Counted from the first letter of the stretch, positions 40,614-52,290 are shown. The stretch is DNA of 64,000 bases from Alkalispirochaeta sp. (GCA_965601925.1 OZ271854.1:2016001-2080000), one strand, 5' to 3'. Made by a program: numbers and translations. The notes: a model not told the origin generated them from the letters alone.

Positions 40614-41021
40614 ATGGCAAAGATGACGTTGGAAGATCTGAGGAAGCTCCGAAATGCGAAGCGGCAAGAGCTGGAGATGCGCTCTCCCGACAACAAGGAT
40701 GCGCAGGTGATCGTGAGCATGGGAACCAGCGGGATCGCCGCCGGGGCCAAGGATACGCTCAGCGCATTCGTCGAAGAGCTGACGAACCAGGGCCTCACCA
40801 ATGTGGCGGTACGCCAAGTCGGCGGCATGGGTCTCGAGCACGCCGAGCCGACCGTGGAGATCCGCGTGCCCGGTATGCCGAACGTGATATACGGGACCGT
40901 TACCGCCGAGGTCGCGCACACGATCGTCCGACGCCACATCATGGGAAAAGAACTCGTCAACGAACACATCTACGACCGTCCTGCCGCGGACATCGTCGGT
41001 GAGGCGGGGCAGGGAGAGTAA
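40614..41021 (+). CDS. hndB: Thioredoxin-like (2Fe-2S ferredoxin family) hydrogenase subunit (HydD/HndB)
   Basis: V.MGTSGIAAGA and VGGMGLEHAEP.VE. The usual Cys positions (GTCG, GC.G.C) are substituted and the protein contains no Cys. Confidence 0.8.
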   Translation: MAKMTLEDLRKLRNAKRQELEMRSPDNKDAQVIVSMGTSGIAAGAKDTLSAFVEELTNQGLTNVAVRQVGGMGLEHAEPTVEIRVPGMPNVIYGTVTAEVAHTIVRRHIMGKELVNEHIYDRPAADIVGEAGQGE

Positions 41022-41022
41022 C

Positions 41023-42810
<1,788 letters not shown>

Positions 42811-42836
42811 GCGCGGCGAGCAAGGAGACGAGAGAG

Positions 42837-44588
42837 ATGAATACTATTACCTGCTACATCAACGGCACCGAGATCAGCGTACCTGCGGGAACCAGCATCT
42901 TTAAGGCCGCTCAGGAAGCCAAGGTGAAGATACCGGCCCTCTGTTACCATCCCGATCTGCCGGCATGGGCGGCGTGCGGTATCTGTGTCGTCAAGTTGGA
43001 AGGATCCCCAAAAATGGTACGGGCGTGTGCCACCGCGGTCTCCGACGGGATGAAGATCATTACCCACGACGCCGAGTTGCACCAAGTGCGTAAGACCGTC
43101 ATCGAGCTGATTTTGTCGACGCACCCCAACTCCTGTCTTACCTGTCCGCGCAACCAGAGTTGCGAGCTCCAGCGTATGGCGGCGGAGTTCGGTATCCGTG
43201 AGATTCCCTTTGAGATAAACATACCGGAGATCGAGAAGGACGATTCGACCCCGTCGATCGTGCTCGATCCGGAAAAGTGCGTCAAATGCGGTCGCTGCGT
43301 CATTGTTTGTCAACAGATGCAGGACGTGTGGGCGTTGGAGTTCATCGGTCGCGGCGACGAGACCAGGATGGCGCCGGCCGGCGATATCGCCCTCAACGAT
43401 AGCCCGTGTATCAAATGCGGCCAGTGTTCGGCTCACTGCCCGGTGGGTGCGATCTACGAGCGTGACCAGACGCGCGAGGTCATTAACGCTCTACGCGACG
43501 AGGCGAGCACTGCGGTCGTTCAGATCGCCCCCGCGGTGCGCGTCGCGATCGGTGAGGCGTTCGGCTACGAGCCCGGTGAGATATCGACCGGTAAGCTGTA
43601 CGCCGCCCTCCGACGCCTCGGATTCGACGTGGTGTTCGATACCAACTTCGCCGCCGACCTCACCATCATGGAAGAGGCGAGCGAGTTCGTGGAGCGCTTC
43701 GCCAAGAGCAAGGGCAAGATTCCGATGATCACGACGTGTTGTCCGAGCTGGGTCGACTACATGGAGAAGTACTATCCGGAGCTGATTCCGAACTTCTCGA
43801 CCGCCAAGAGCCCTATGATGATGATGGGCGCAATGGTGAAGAGCTACTTCGCCAAGAAGATCGGGAAGAAGGCCGAAGAGGTGTACCACGTGGCGATCAT
43901 GCCGTGTACCTCCAAGAAGTACGAGATTACGCGGGACGACAACATGTTCTCTACCGGTGTCAAGGATGTCGACGCGGTGCTCACCACGCGCGAGCTCGCT
44001 CGTATGATCAAGAGTGCCGGTATCGATTTTGCCAATCTCGAGGATGAGGAAGCCGACCCCGCGCTCGGTATCTACACCGGCGCCGGCACGATCTTCGGAG
44101 CAACCGGTGGCGTTATGGAGGCGGCGGTTCGCAGCGCATACAATTTCGTAACCGGGAAGAATATGGCCAAGGTCGAGTTTGAGCCGGTCCGCGGCCTCGA
44201 AGGAGTCAAAGAGGCCGAGGTCGACATCGAGGGTACCACGGTGCGCGTCGCCGTTGCACACCAGATGGGCAACGCTCGCGCGGTTGTAGAGCGAATCAAG
44301 GCCGCCGAGGCTGCGGGGCAAGAACCGCCGTGGCACTTCATCGAGATCATGGCGTGTCGCGGAGGGTGTATCGGCGGCGGCGGACAACCTTACGGCGCAA
44401 CCGACGAGATTCGAAAGAAACGCATTGCGGGGATCTATACCGACGACGAGGCGCAGACCTATCGTTGTAGTCACGAGAACCCGCAGATCCAAGAGATCTA
44501 CGAGCAGTTTCTCGGTAAGCCCCTCGGCGAGAAGTCGCACAAGTTTTTGCACACTCACTATTCGGAGCGCAAACTCTACCAACGCTAA
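42837..44588 (+). CDS. hndD: [FeFe]-hydrogenase catalytic subunit, group A3 (HydA/HndD)
   Basis: H-cluster motifs TTCCPSW, MPCTSKKYE and EIMACRGGCIGGGGQP, plus N-terminal [2Fe-2S], His-ligated [4Fe-4S] and 2[4Fe-4S] motifs. Confidence 0.96.
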   Translation: MNTITCYINGTEISVPAGTSIFKAAQEAKVKIPALCYHPDLPAWAACGICVVKLEGSPKMVRACATAVSDGMKIITHDAELHQVRKTVIELILSTHPNSCLTCPRNQSCELQRMAAEFGIREIPFEINIPEIEKDDSTPSIVLDPEKCVKCGRCVIVCQQMQDVWALEFIGRGDETRMAPAGDIALNDSPCIKCGQCSAHCPVGAIYERDQTREVINALRDEASTAVVQIAPAVRVAIGEAFGYEPGEISTGKLYAALRRLGFDVVFDTNFAADLTIMEEASEFVERFAKSKGKIPMITTCCPSWVDYMEKYYPELIPNFSTAKSPMMMMGAMVKSYFAKKIGKKAEEVYHVAIMPCTSKKYEITRDDNMFSTGVKDVDAVLTTRELARMIKSAGIDFANLEDEEADPALGIYTGAGTIFGATGGVMEAAVRSAYNFVTGKNMAKVEFEPVRGLEGVKEAEVDIEGTTVRVAVAHQMGNARAVVERIKAAEAAGQEPPWHFIEIMACRGGCIGGGGQPYGATDEIRKKRIAGIYTDDEAQTYRCSHENPQIQEIYEQFLGKPLGEKSHKFLHTHYSERKLYQR

Positions 44589-45006
44589 CCGTTCGCGTAC
44601 CGGAGGCGAAGCCGAGGAACGCGAACCTCCGCCCCCCGTTCGCGTACCGGAGGCGAATCCGAGGAACGCGAACCTCCGCCCCCCGTTCGCGTACCGGAGG
44701 CGAAGCCGAGGAACGCGAACCTCCGCCCCCCGTTCGCGTACCGGAGGCGAAGCCGAGGAACGCGAACCTCCGCCCCCCGTTCGCGTACCGGAGGCGAATC
44801 CGAGGAACGCGAACCTCCGCCCCCCGTTCGCGTACCGGAGGCGAATCCGAGGAACGCGAACCTCCGCCCCCCGTTCGCGTACCGGAGGCGAATCCGAGGA
44901 ACGCGAACCTCCGCCCCCCGTTCGCGTACCGGAGGCGAATCCGAGGAACGCGAACCTCCGCCCCCCGTTCGCGTACCGGAGGCGAATCCGAGGAACGCGA
45001 ACGGTT
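44587..45006. repeat. Tandem array of nine palindromic 47-bp units
   Basis: GTTCGCGTACCGGAGGCGAA(G/T)CCGAGGAACGCGAAC plus linker CTCCGCCCCCC. Units start at 44591, 44638, 44685, 44732, 44779, 44826, 44873, 44920 and 44967. Confidence 0.97.
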
Positions 45007-45018
45007 GCGGGCACCATG

Positions 45019-45062
45019 CGGCGTGTGCGTCCCGAAAGGGAGGTACGCGCCGTTTTGTTATT
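45019..45062 (+). terminator. Intrinsic terminator of the hydrogenase operon
   Basis: Stem CGGCGTGTGCgTCCC-GAAA-GGGAgGTACGCGCCG followed by TTTTGTTATT. Confidence 0.7.
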
Positions 45063-45231
45063 CGGTTCCGGGACGGCGGGCGGTTGGTCGCGCAGGTAAT
45101 ATGGGTGACGACGGGCGCGCCATGCGTTTCCGCACGCCGAGTTCCCCCCTGCTCACCCCGCACAATCCACCAAGCGAGCCGGCCGGGACGAGTATGCGCC
45201 GATCTACTATACTACCGACGAGGAGTTGCGC

Positions 45232-46716
45232 ATGATATGCCTCTGCCTAACCGGCTCCACCATATCCGACTGGACCCGCCAACTCGACCGCAATCGCCGT
45301 TGGATTTCCGCCGTTGAGCTGCGAGTCGATTTGTTGAGACCGTCGGAGCGTTCACCGGCTGCTCTATCGGAATGGTGGCGGAGTGCGCGTGACGATCTGA
45401 CTTCGATCCTCACCGTTCGGCGTCCTCGCGATCTCGGTCGTTGGGAGGGGGACGAGGCGCAGCGACTCTTTCTCCTTTCGCAACTTGTCGAGGTCCTGGA
45501 GCCCGACTACCTCGATTTGGAGCTCGATCGTGCGCGGAGCCCCGGCTGGGTCGAGCTTGCGCGCGCGCAGTACGATCGGGGCGGCGCCGTGGTGCGCTCG
45601 CATCACGAACCCAAAGCGACCCCCGAGGAGCTTGCACCTCTCATCGCACGGTTGGCCACCGACCCCCACGAGGTGCCCAAGCTCGCGGTCTACTCCGAGT
45701 CGTGCTCCGATGTAGTTCGCCTACTCGGCGCCGTGCGGGAGTTTCACCGGCGGATGCCCGGCCGCAAGGGCATTTGGATCGCCATGGGTGAGTACGGGCT
45801 GCCGAGTCGAGTCGCGCCGAGCCACTTCGGCTCCGCATGGACCTATGCCTCCGACGACGATGAGGTGTCGGCCGCCCCGGGACACGTAAGCCCCAGGGTG
45901 CTCCACGATACGTATCGTATTGCAGACGTGCGCGCCGATTGGCCGCTCTTTGCGGTGTTGGGCGCGCCGGTTGCGCACTCACACTCGCCGGAGTATCACA
46001 ACCGTCGATTCCGAGAGGATGGGCACGACGCACTTTACATACCCGTACGTGCCGACGATTTTACCGAGTTCGAGGCACTTGCGGAGCATTTGGATATTCG
46101 CGGGGTCTCGGTGACGGTGCCACACAAGCGCGCCGCTCTCGCGTTCGGCGAAGACGGTGCCTCAGAGCGCGCGCGGGCGGTGGGCGCGGCCAATACACTG
46201 TGGATCGATCGCGATGGACTCCGGCGTGCCGACAACACCGATGTGGAAGGATTCCTGGAACCTTTGCGAGCGCTCCTGGGCGATGCCGCCGCAGGTACGG
46301 CGGTGGTCATCGGCGCGGGCGGTGCGGCGCGTTCGGCGGTCGCCGGCCTCGCCGGCGACGGATGGACCGTCGAGGTATATAATCGCACCCCGGAGCGGGC
46401 CGCGGAGATGCTGTCCTCGATGGGGCTTGCTCCGACCGCGGCACACCCCCTTGCGAAACTCGCTGCGCTCAAGCCCGGCGGGGCGGATCTGCTGGTTCAG
46501 ACGACTCCGGTCGGTATGCGCCACGGGAGCGAAGGCGACCCGAGCGCGGGCTATCGCTTTGCCGGGACCGAAGTAGCCTACGATATGATCTATACGCCGC
46601 CCGAGACCGAGTTCCTCCGCCGCGCCCGCGAATCGGGAGCGCGCACGATCAACGGCGAAGCGATGTTTCTCGCTCAAGCGGATGCGCAGTATCACATATT
46701 TGCAAGTCTGCTCTGA
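45232..46716 (+). CDS. aroE: Bifunctional type I 3-dehydroquinate dehydratase / shikimate dehydrogenase
   Basis: N-terminal AroD (VELRVD, TVR....G.W.G, SHH, PKLA, MG..G..SR) and C-terminal AroE (HSHSP, SVTVPHK, AANT, NTD, GAGGAA, NRT, DMIY.P..T). Confidence 0.9.
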   Translation: MICLCLTGSTISDWTRQLDRNRRWISAVELRVDLLRPSERSPAALSEWWRSARDDLTSILTVRRPRDLGRWEGDEAQRLFLLSQLVEVLEPDYLDLELDRARSPGWVELARAQYDRGGAVVRSHHEPKATPEELAPLIARLATDPHEVPKLAVYSESCSDVVRLLGAVREFHRRMPGRKGIWIAMGEYGLPSRVAPSHFGSAWTYASDDDEVSAAPGHVSPRVLHDTYRIADVRADWPLFAVLGAPVAHSHSPEYHNRRFREDGHDALYIPVRADDFTEFEALAEHLDIRGVSVTVPHKRAALAFGEDGASERARAVGAANTLWIDRDGLRRADNTDVEGFLEPLRALLGDAAAGTAVVIGAGGAARSAVAGLAGDGWTVEVYNRTPERAAEMLSSMGLAPTAAHPLAKLAALKPGGADLLVQTTPVGMRHGSEGDPSAGYRFAGTEVAYDMIYTPPETEFLRRARESGARTINGEAMFLAQADAQYHIFASLL

Positions 46717-46722
46717 TGCGGA

Positions 46723-48888
46723 CTATCGCCTGCTGGACGTCCTGCGAATGAGTGTTCCGCTGAGGCGACGAACGAGCGATATCCGACGTATGCGAATGCG
46801 GATCGCCCGCTGATCCGGCTCCTGTCGCGCCCTGAGCATGAGGTCGTCTCCGGAGGCGACGATCTCCCGAGGTTGGATCATGATTCTTTGAGGCGCACCG
46901 GACGTCGAGCGCATGATTACTTCGAGCATGTCGCCACTCTCGATCGCCTGCTCGATCAGACGAATCTTTCCCAGGTAGTCGAGACCGCGCGCCTCGGTAC
47001 TACGCTGCGGTGCGAGCTCTTGGCGCAACTGATCAGGAAAGAGGATCAGCTTGCGATCGATGCGTAGTGCCAGTTCTCGATGAACATCCTCGGGGAAATC
47101 ACGTTTCTCAAGATTTTCGCGGAGTCGACCGGCGATTGTCGCCGCATCGTCGCTATGCCCCTCTACGGATGCGGGAGCGCCTCGCGTTTCGGGTGCTTCC
47201 GTTTCGTCCTCCTCCTGGTGAGTCGCGCCGTCGGAATCGACGGATGTGTGATCTGCCCGTGTCCCGATCTTTTGGGGACGGGTATGGAGGGGAAGGAGCG
47301 GTTGCTGGTAGTGTTGATGGAGCCGCAGGAAATCGGGGATATCGACGTCCACGGGTCTGTGACCCTCGACGGTGGCCGCCGATACGAGGTCGAGTTTCTC
47401 CAGGAGGCGTTCTACCGTCCTCAACGCGTCACGGTCTACTAAGAACACCCCGGGAGCGAGCTCCTCCCGAAGGAGACCGCGAAACTCCGTCGACCGGTTC
47501 AGAATCGCCGCCTCCTCTTCCTCCGCCACTACAACTACTCCGCTCAGTAGGCGTACCGCCCGTGAACGTGTCTGCCATCGTGAGAGAAGAAAGCGAACGT
47601 TCTGCGGAAGCTCTCCCGCGACCCGCTCCAAATCGGACAGCGCGTCACTATGCATCTCGCGCCGCGCCGAGGCGACGCTCGCCTCATTGAGGCTAAACTC
47701 CGCAACGACATCGAATCGGCTCAGTGTGGCGACGCGGGCGACGACAAGGGCGTCGACGAAGCGCGCCCCCGGCGTAACGGTCACTTCCATGTTGGCCTGG
47801 ATGCGAATGCGGTGGTCGCCGTACGACTCGTTGCGTACCGCCGTCGTCACCGTCGGATTGAGGCCGAATCGCTCTTCGATATCCTGCTGCTCGTCGCCGG
47901 CGGCTACGTCCTCCACTTCGTCGTGACGTCGGCCGTCCAGACGTCTGAGGTATCCCGCCTCGTACAGGCGCTCGACGGTGTCGCGTCCGATCGGCAGCGA
48001 GAAACCGTTTCCGCTCAACTGCAGCAACCGCACGATCTCGGTGACGCTGTAGCTGTATTCGGCCGGCATCGTCTCCGCCATTTCCAAAAGGATTTGCGCA
48101 TAGTCGAAGGTGCGTTCGACCGAGCTTGCCAACAGAGCGGCCCACAGGAGCGCCTGAATCCAACGATCCGGCAGGCGAGCGAGTTCGTCCCAGCTGTCTT
48201 GGCGTATCGTCGTTTTCCCCTCTTCGCGACCGATGAGGCCCAACGTTTCGAGGGCGACCAGGGCACTTCGCAGTCGAAGCGTTCCGTCGGCGTCGGCAAA
48301 AAGCCTTCCGAATCGTGTTTCCAGCTCGCGTGCCGCTTTTTTCCGCATCGTGCCCGTTTGTGTGAAGAGATCCGAATGTGTTCGCAAGAAGGAGTACAGC
48401 GCAAGGACCAAGATCGGTGAGAGCCACGACATCGCCGGGGTGACGAGCGCATCCGCCGGTTCGATGGGCGCCCCCACGATGAGGTGACGGATTCCGATTT
48501 CCGGATTCAATGCGTCGGCCACGACGGGATTGATGGTAAGGGCACCTTCGGGGTGTCCTCCGATCACCAATAGCCGATCCTTGAGATTGAGTAATCGCTC
48601 ATGAAATGCGGCGTAATCCAGACCGTCACCGAGAAATCTGAATAGGCGTTCGTCGTCGGGCCGCGAGAGGATATGTATACCCGAAAGAAACATGCGATCG
48701 GTCGCATCCAGAACGTCTACGATCCGGGCCTGGGTCTCGGGTCGCGTATAGAACTCGCGCAGCCCCCCGATTAAGTCGTGCTTGTTGTACGGTGTTTTAA
48801 TCGGTCCGAGATAGTTGCGAACCAGGGCGAAAAACGACTCGTCGTCGAGCCCCAGGAGGTAGCGAGAAAAGCGATCCATGCTTGCCAT
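46723..48888 (-). CDS. XPB-associated protein (Helicase_C_3-like region, WYL-like C-terminus)
   Basis: About 720 aa immediately downstream of XPB. Contains an IQANMEV/LPQNV.F.L..W segment typical of helicase-associated domains and a C-terminal 'IE.AI..G..LE....P.........R.RRI' segment. Confidence 0.7.
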   Translation of the reverse strand: MASMDRFSRYLLGLDDESFFALVRNYLGPIKTPYNKHDLIGGLREFYTRPETQARIVDVLDATDRMFLSGIHILSRPDDERLFRFLGDGLDYAAFHERLLNLKDRLLVIGGHPEGALTINPVVADALNPEIGIRHLIVGAPIEPADALVTPAMSWLSPILVLALYSFLRTHSDLFTQTGTMRKKAARELETRFGRLFADADGTLRLRSALVALETLGLIGREEGKTTIRQDSWDELARLPDRWIQALLWAALLASSVERTFDYAQILLEMAETMPAEYSYSVTEIVRLLQLSGNGFSLPIGRDTVERLYEAGYLRRLDGRRHDEVEDVAAGDEQQDIEERFGLNPTVTTAVRNESYGDHRIRIQANMEVTVTPGARFVDALVVARVATLSRFDVVAEFSLNEASVASARREMHSDALSDLERVAGELPQNVRFLLSRWQTRSRAVRLLSGVVVVAEEEEAAILNRSTEFRGLLREELAPGVFLVDRDALRTVERLLEKLDLVSAATVEGHRPVDVDIPDFLRLHQHYQQPLLPLHTRPQKIGTRADHTSVDSDGATHQEEDETEAPETRGAPASVEGHSDDAATIAGRLRENLEKRDFPEDVHRELALRIDRKLILFPDQLRQELAPQRSTEARGLDYLGKIRLIEQAIESGDMLEVIMRSTSGAPQRIMIQPREIVASGDDLMLRARQEPDQRAIRIRIRRISLVRRLSGTLIRRTSSRR

Positions 48889-48893
48889 ATCGC

Positions 48894-50579
48894 TCACTCC
48901 TCCCAATGCTCGATATGGTAGGCGTACCCCTGTTCGGTAAGGAACTTCTGGCGGTTAGCCGCAAAGCTCTCCTCGACCGTCCGATTGGACACCAGCGTGT
49001 AGAAGAACGAGTTGCGGTGGGCGCCCGTTTTGGGGCGGAGCACGCGCCCCAAGCGCTGCGCCTCCTCCTGCCGTGAACCGAAGCTCCCCGACACCTGAAT
49101 CGCGACCGACGCGTCGGGCAAGTCTATCGCAAAATTCGCCACCTTACTCACCACGATCACCCTGAGTTCTCCGCGACGAAAGGCGGCGTATATCTCCTCG
49201 CGTTTGGCGTTGGGCGTCTTGCCGGTAATGATCGGTGCGTTCAAGTGCTCCGACAGTTCGGCGAGTTGGTCGAGGTATTGGCCGATGACGATAATGGCGT
49301 CCTCTCGATGGTTGGCCACGATCTGAGATGCCGCCTCGACCTTGCGAGGATTTTCGCTCGCAATACGGAACTTGGCACGCTTGTCGGCTACCGCGTACTC
49401 GGTGCGCATCCCTCGCGGCATATCCAAACGGATCTCGTAACAGACCGCCTCGGCGATCCACCCCTTTTGTTCCAACTCCTTCCACGGTACGTCGTACCGC
49501 TTGGGTCCCACGAGAGAGAAGACGTCCTCCTCGCGTCCGTCTTCGCGCACCAGGGTCGCGGTGAGCCCGAGACGGCGGATCGCCTGGATTTCGGCGGTCA
49601 CGCGGAACACCGGAGCCGGCAGAAGGTGCACCTCGTCGTAGATGATGAGGCCCCAATGGTGTTTACGAAAGATGTCGAAGTGCGGAAAGATCGCCTCTTT
49701 GTCCGGACGCCATACGAGAATCTGGTAGGTCGCAACGGTCACCGGTTTGACCGCTTTGCGGCTTCCCGTGTATTCACCGATGTCCTCCGGGGTGAGTTCG
49801 GTTTTGTCTACGAGCTCGTCGATCCACTGGTGAACCGCGGCGATATTGGTCGTGAGGATCAACGTGCTCGTACGCATGAGATCCATGACGGCCATACCGA
49901 CGACCGTCTTGCCGGAGCCGCACGGTAGCACGACCGTGCCGTATCCGGCGCCCGGCCTTCCTTCGCCGAAAAATGTCGACGCCGCCTCGATTTGGTAGTC
50001 GCGCAAATCGAAATCCTTACCCGACAACGTCCTCCGCCGTAGGCCGAACGCAATGGGATCGCCCTCGACCAACGGTGCGCGGTCGTCGACGGGATAACCG
50101 ATTCTTACCAGTTCCTGTTTGACCGTTCCGCGGTCGACCAAGTCCACGAAGAAGGCGGTATCGTCGCCCTCCGCGGTCGGCTCGGCATCGCGCAGGAGCT
50201 TCGCGATTTTCGGTCGCGATCGCAGCTCGGAGCGAATATCGGCGTCCGGCACGATCAGGCGGAGCGTGTACGCGTCCTCGTCGGGCTCGAGGCGAATCGT
50301 TCCGTAGCGCCCCACCAGCTCGACGATGGTGCGTTCTACATGCGTGGGGACCGGGAAGCGGCTGTGCGCGGACAATGCACCGAGAATTTCATCGGCCGAG
50401 AGTCCTGCGGCCGCGGCGTTCCACACCGACAACGGCGTGATGCGATAGGTGTGAAAGTGCTCCGGTGACTTTTCGAGCTCCGCGAAGGGCACAATTGCAT
50501 TGCGAGCCGCGTCGACGTCGGCGTCGTGGACATCGAGGAGAATGGTACTGTCTCCCTGTACGATTAAAGGTTGCGCCAT
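48894..50579 (-). CDS. DNA repair helicase XPB (Rad25/Ssl2 family)
   Basis: PLIVQGD.T.LL, FAELEKSPEH.HTYRITPL..WNA, LRDYQ, LPCGSGKT, DEVH, LGLTAT and QEEAQRLGR. Confidence 0.95.
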   Translation of the reverse strand: MAQPLIVQGDSTILLDVHDADVDAARNAIVPFAELEKSPEHFHTYRITPLSVWNAAAAGLSADEILGALSAHSRFPVPTHVERTIVELVGRYGTIRLEPDEDAYTLRLIVPDADIRSELRSRPKIAKLLRDAEPTAEGDDTAFFVDLVDRGTVKQELVRIGYPVDDRAPLVEGDPIAFGLRRRTLSGKDFDLRDYQIEAASTFFGEGRPGAGYGTVVLPCGSGKTVVGMAVMDLMRTSTLILTTNIAAVHQWIDELVDKTELTPEDIGEYTGSRKAVKPVTVATYQILVWRPDKEAIFPHFDIFRKHHWGLIIYDEVHLLPAPVFRVTAEIQAIRRLGLTATLVREDGREEDVFSLVGPKRYDVPWKELEQKGWIAEAVCYEIRLDMPRGMRTEYAVADKRAKFRIASENPRKVEAASQIVANHREDAIIVIGQYLDQLAELSEHLNAPIITGKTPNAKREEIYAAFRRGELRVIVVSKVANFAIDLPDASVAIQVSGSFGSRQEEAQRLGRVLRPKTGAHRNSFFYTLVSNRTVEESFAANRQKFLTEQGYAYHIEHWEE

Positions 50580-50695
50580 TTTTGTAAGGTGTACACTATC
50601 TTTGAGGAAATTTTAACCGTTAGTGCGCTACACTATCGGAGTCGCTACGGCGGCGCGATATCGGACACGGTGTTCTGACATGGGAGGTACTAACG

Positions 50696-52039
50696 ATGTC
50701 CAGAAAAAGTAACGGCGAACGACGTCCCCAGGGAACGGGCGGCACTCCGGTTAAGACCTTCGTCATCGACACCAATGTACTCATTCACAGACCCGACGCA
50801 ATCCTGAGCTTTCGTGACAATGAAGTCGTCGTGCCGATGTGGGTGCTCGAGGAGCTCGACCGACTCAAAACGTTCTCCGACGAGCGGGGGCGCAACGCGC
50901 GCCAAGCGATCCGATTTCTCGACGCGGCGGGGCGCCACGGCAACCTCGCCGAGGGTGTCCGGATCGAAAACGGTTCGGTCCTCAAAGTGATATCGACCCA
51001 ACCCGACCACATTCCCAACGACTTTCTTCAGGACAAGGCGGACAACAAGATTATCCTCACGGCGTGGCAGATTCAGGAGGCCGGGGGCATCGTCTTTTTC
51101 GTGAGCAAGGATATCAACGCGCGCGTCAAGGCGACGGCGTTAGGCATTAAGGCTGTGGATTACGAAAAGCAGAAGGTCGATATTACCAAGCTCTATACCG
51201 GCTTCTCATCGGTCGATACACGGCCCGAGTCGTACACCGAACTTCAGAACGAGGGGCAGTTGGACTGGTCCGAGGAGCTCGCCCCCAACCATTATCTCAT
51301 GCTTCGCGATAAGGATCACGAGGACGAAATTATCGGTCGCTACGACGCGGAGGATCGACGTCTGTACTACGTCGATCATCGCATGAAATCGGTGGCCGGG
51401 ATTCGCCCCCTTAATGACGAGCAGCGAATCGCCCTCGATCTCTTACTCAACCCGCGCATACAGCTGGTCACCCTGGTCGGCAAAGCCGGCACCGGCAAGA
51501 CGTTACTGGCGATCGCCTCGGGACTCAAACAGACGATCGAGGATAAGACCTACAAGCGGGTACTTGTCAGCCGGCCGGTCGTCCCCATGGGCAAAGATAT
51601 CGGGTATCTACCGGGTGCCAAGAACGAGAAACTCTCGCACTGGATGCAGCCGCTGTTCGACAACTTGGAGTTCATTATGAGCGTCTACCATCGTCAGAAC
51701 TTCAAGCAGCCCGAGCAGTTGATCGGCAACAACATCATCGAGTTGGAGGCGTTGAGTTACATTCGGGGCCGCTCGTTGCCGAGTCAGTTCATCGTTATCG
51801 ATGAGGCGCAGAACCTTTCTCCGCACGAGGTCAAGACGATCGTGTCGCGCGCCGGCACCGACGCCAAGGTGGTGCTCACCGGCGATCCTTACCAGATAGA
51901 CAGTCCCTATCTGGACGCCAACTCCAACGGTTTGACCTATTTGGTCGAGGCGTTCAAAGGTCAGCGCATATTCGGACACGTGCTTATGACGCGGAGCGAA
52001 CGGAGTCACCTCGCCGAACTTGCGGCGGAACTGTTATAA
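50696..52039 (+). CDS. PIN-PhoH (PhoH2/YlaK-like) protein
   Basis: PIN motifs FVIDTNVL, VLEELD and SKDIN.R.KA; PhoH motifs GKAGTGKT, GYLPG, YIRGRS, IDEAQN and GDP.QID. Confidence 0.93.
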   Translation: MSRKSNGERRPQGTGGTPVKTFVIDTNVLIHRPDAILSFRDNEVVVPMWVLEELDRLKTFSDERGRNARQAIRFLDAAGRHGNLAEGVRIENGSVLKVISTQPDHIPNDFLQDKADNKIILTAWQIQEAGGIVFFVSKDINARVKATALGIKAVDYEKQKVDITKLYTGFSSVDTRPESYTELQNEGQLDWSEELAPNHYLMLRDKDHEDEIIGRYDAEDRRLYYVDHRMKSVAGIRPLNDEQRIALDLLLNPRIQLVTLVGKAGTGKTLLAIASGLKQTIEDKTYKRVLVSRPVVPMGKDIGYLPGAKNEKLSHWMQPLFDNLEFIMSVYHRQNFKQPEQLIGNNIIELEALSYIRGRSLPSQFIVIDEAQNLSPHEVKTIVSRAGTDAKVVLTGDPYQIDSPYLDANSNGLTYLVEAFKGQRIFGHVLMTRSERSHLAELAAELL

Positions 52040-52092
52040 GCGCGTGAGGAATGACTCGGTACCATTGCACCTCATGCGTATGCTCACTATAG

Positions 52093-52290
52093 TTGGATGA
52101 GATGACACCCGTCGACGGCACGCCCTGGCGTCCGCAGCAGCTGGACGAGTATCTCGACGACTCGTTCGAGCAGATCGAGGAGATGCAGCATGTGCGACTT
52201 CTCGAACGGCTCGATGAGATGAGTCGTAAGCTCTACCTTCTCGAAGAAGAGCTCGACACCATGCTGCGGCAGGCAGCGAACTACTCATAG
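52093..52290 (+). CDS. Small acidic coiled-coil hypothetical protein
   Basis: 65-aa ORF with a heptad pattern (LLERLDEMSRKLYLLEEEL); start may be ATG 52102. Confidence 0.55.
   Translation: MDEMTPVDGTPWRPQQLDEYLDDSFEQIEEMQHVRLLERLDEMSRKLYLLEEELDTMLRQAANYS

Noticed and set aside
44591..45002. CRISPR array (36-bp palindromic repeat starting GTT and ending GAAC)
   Set aside because: The intervening sequences are identical 11-mers rather than unique 30-40 bp spacers, and there are no cas genes or AT-rich leader.
43491..45163. Long ORFs crossing the repeat array (43491-45017 -, 44425-45099 +, 44585-45163 -)
   Set aside because: They are artefacts of a stop-free 47-bp repeat; two also overlap hydA.
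50696..52290. PIN-PhoH plus small ORF as a toxin-antitoxin pair
   Set aside because: The small ORF is downstream with its own -10-like hexamers and no antitoxin features; PIN-PhoH is a widespread standalone gene.
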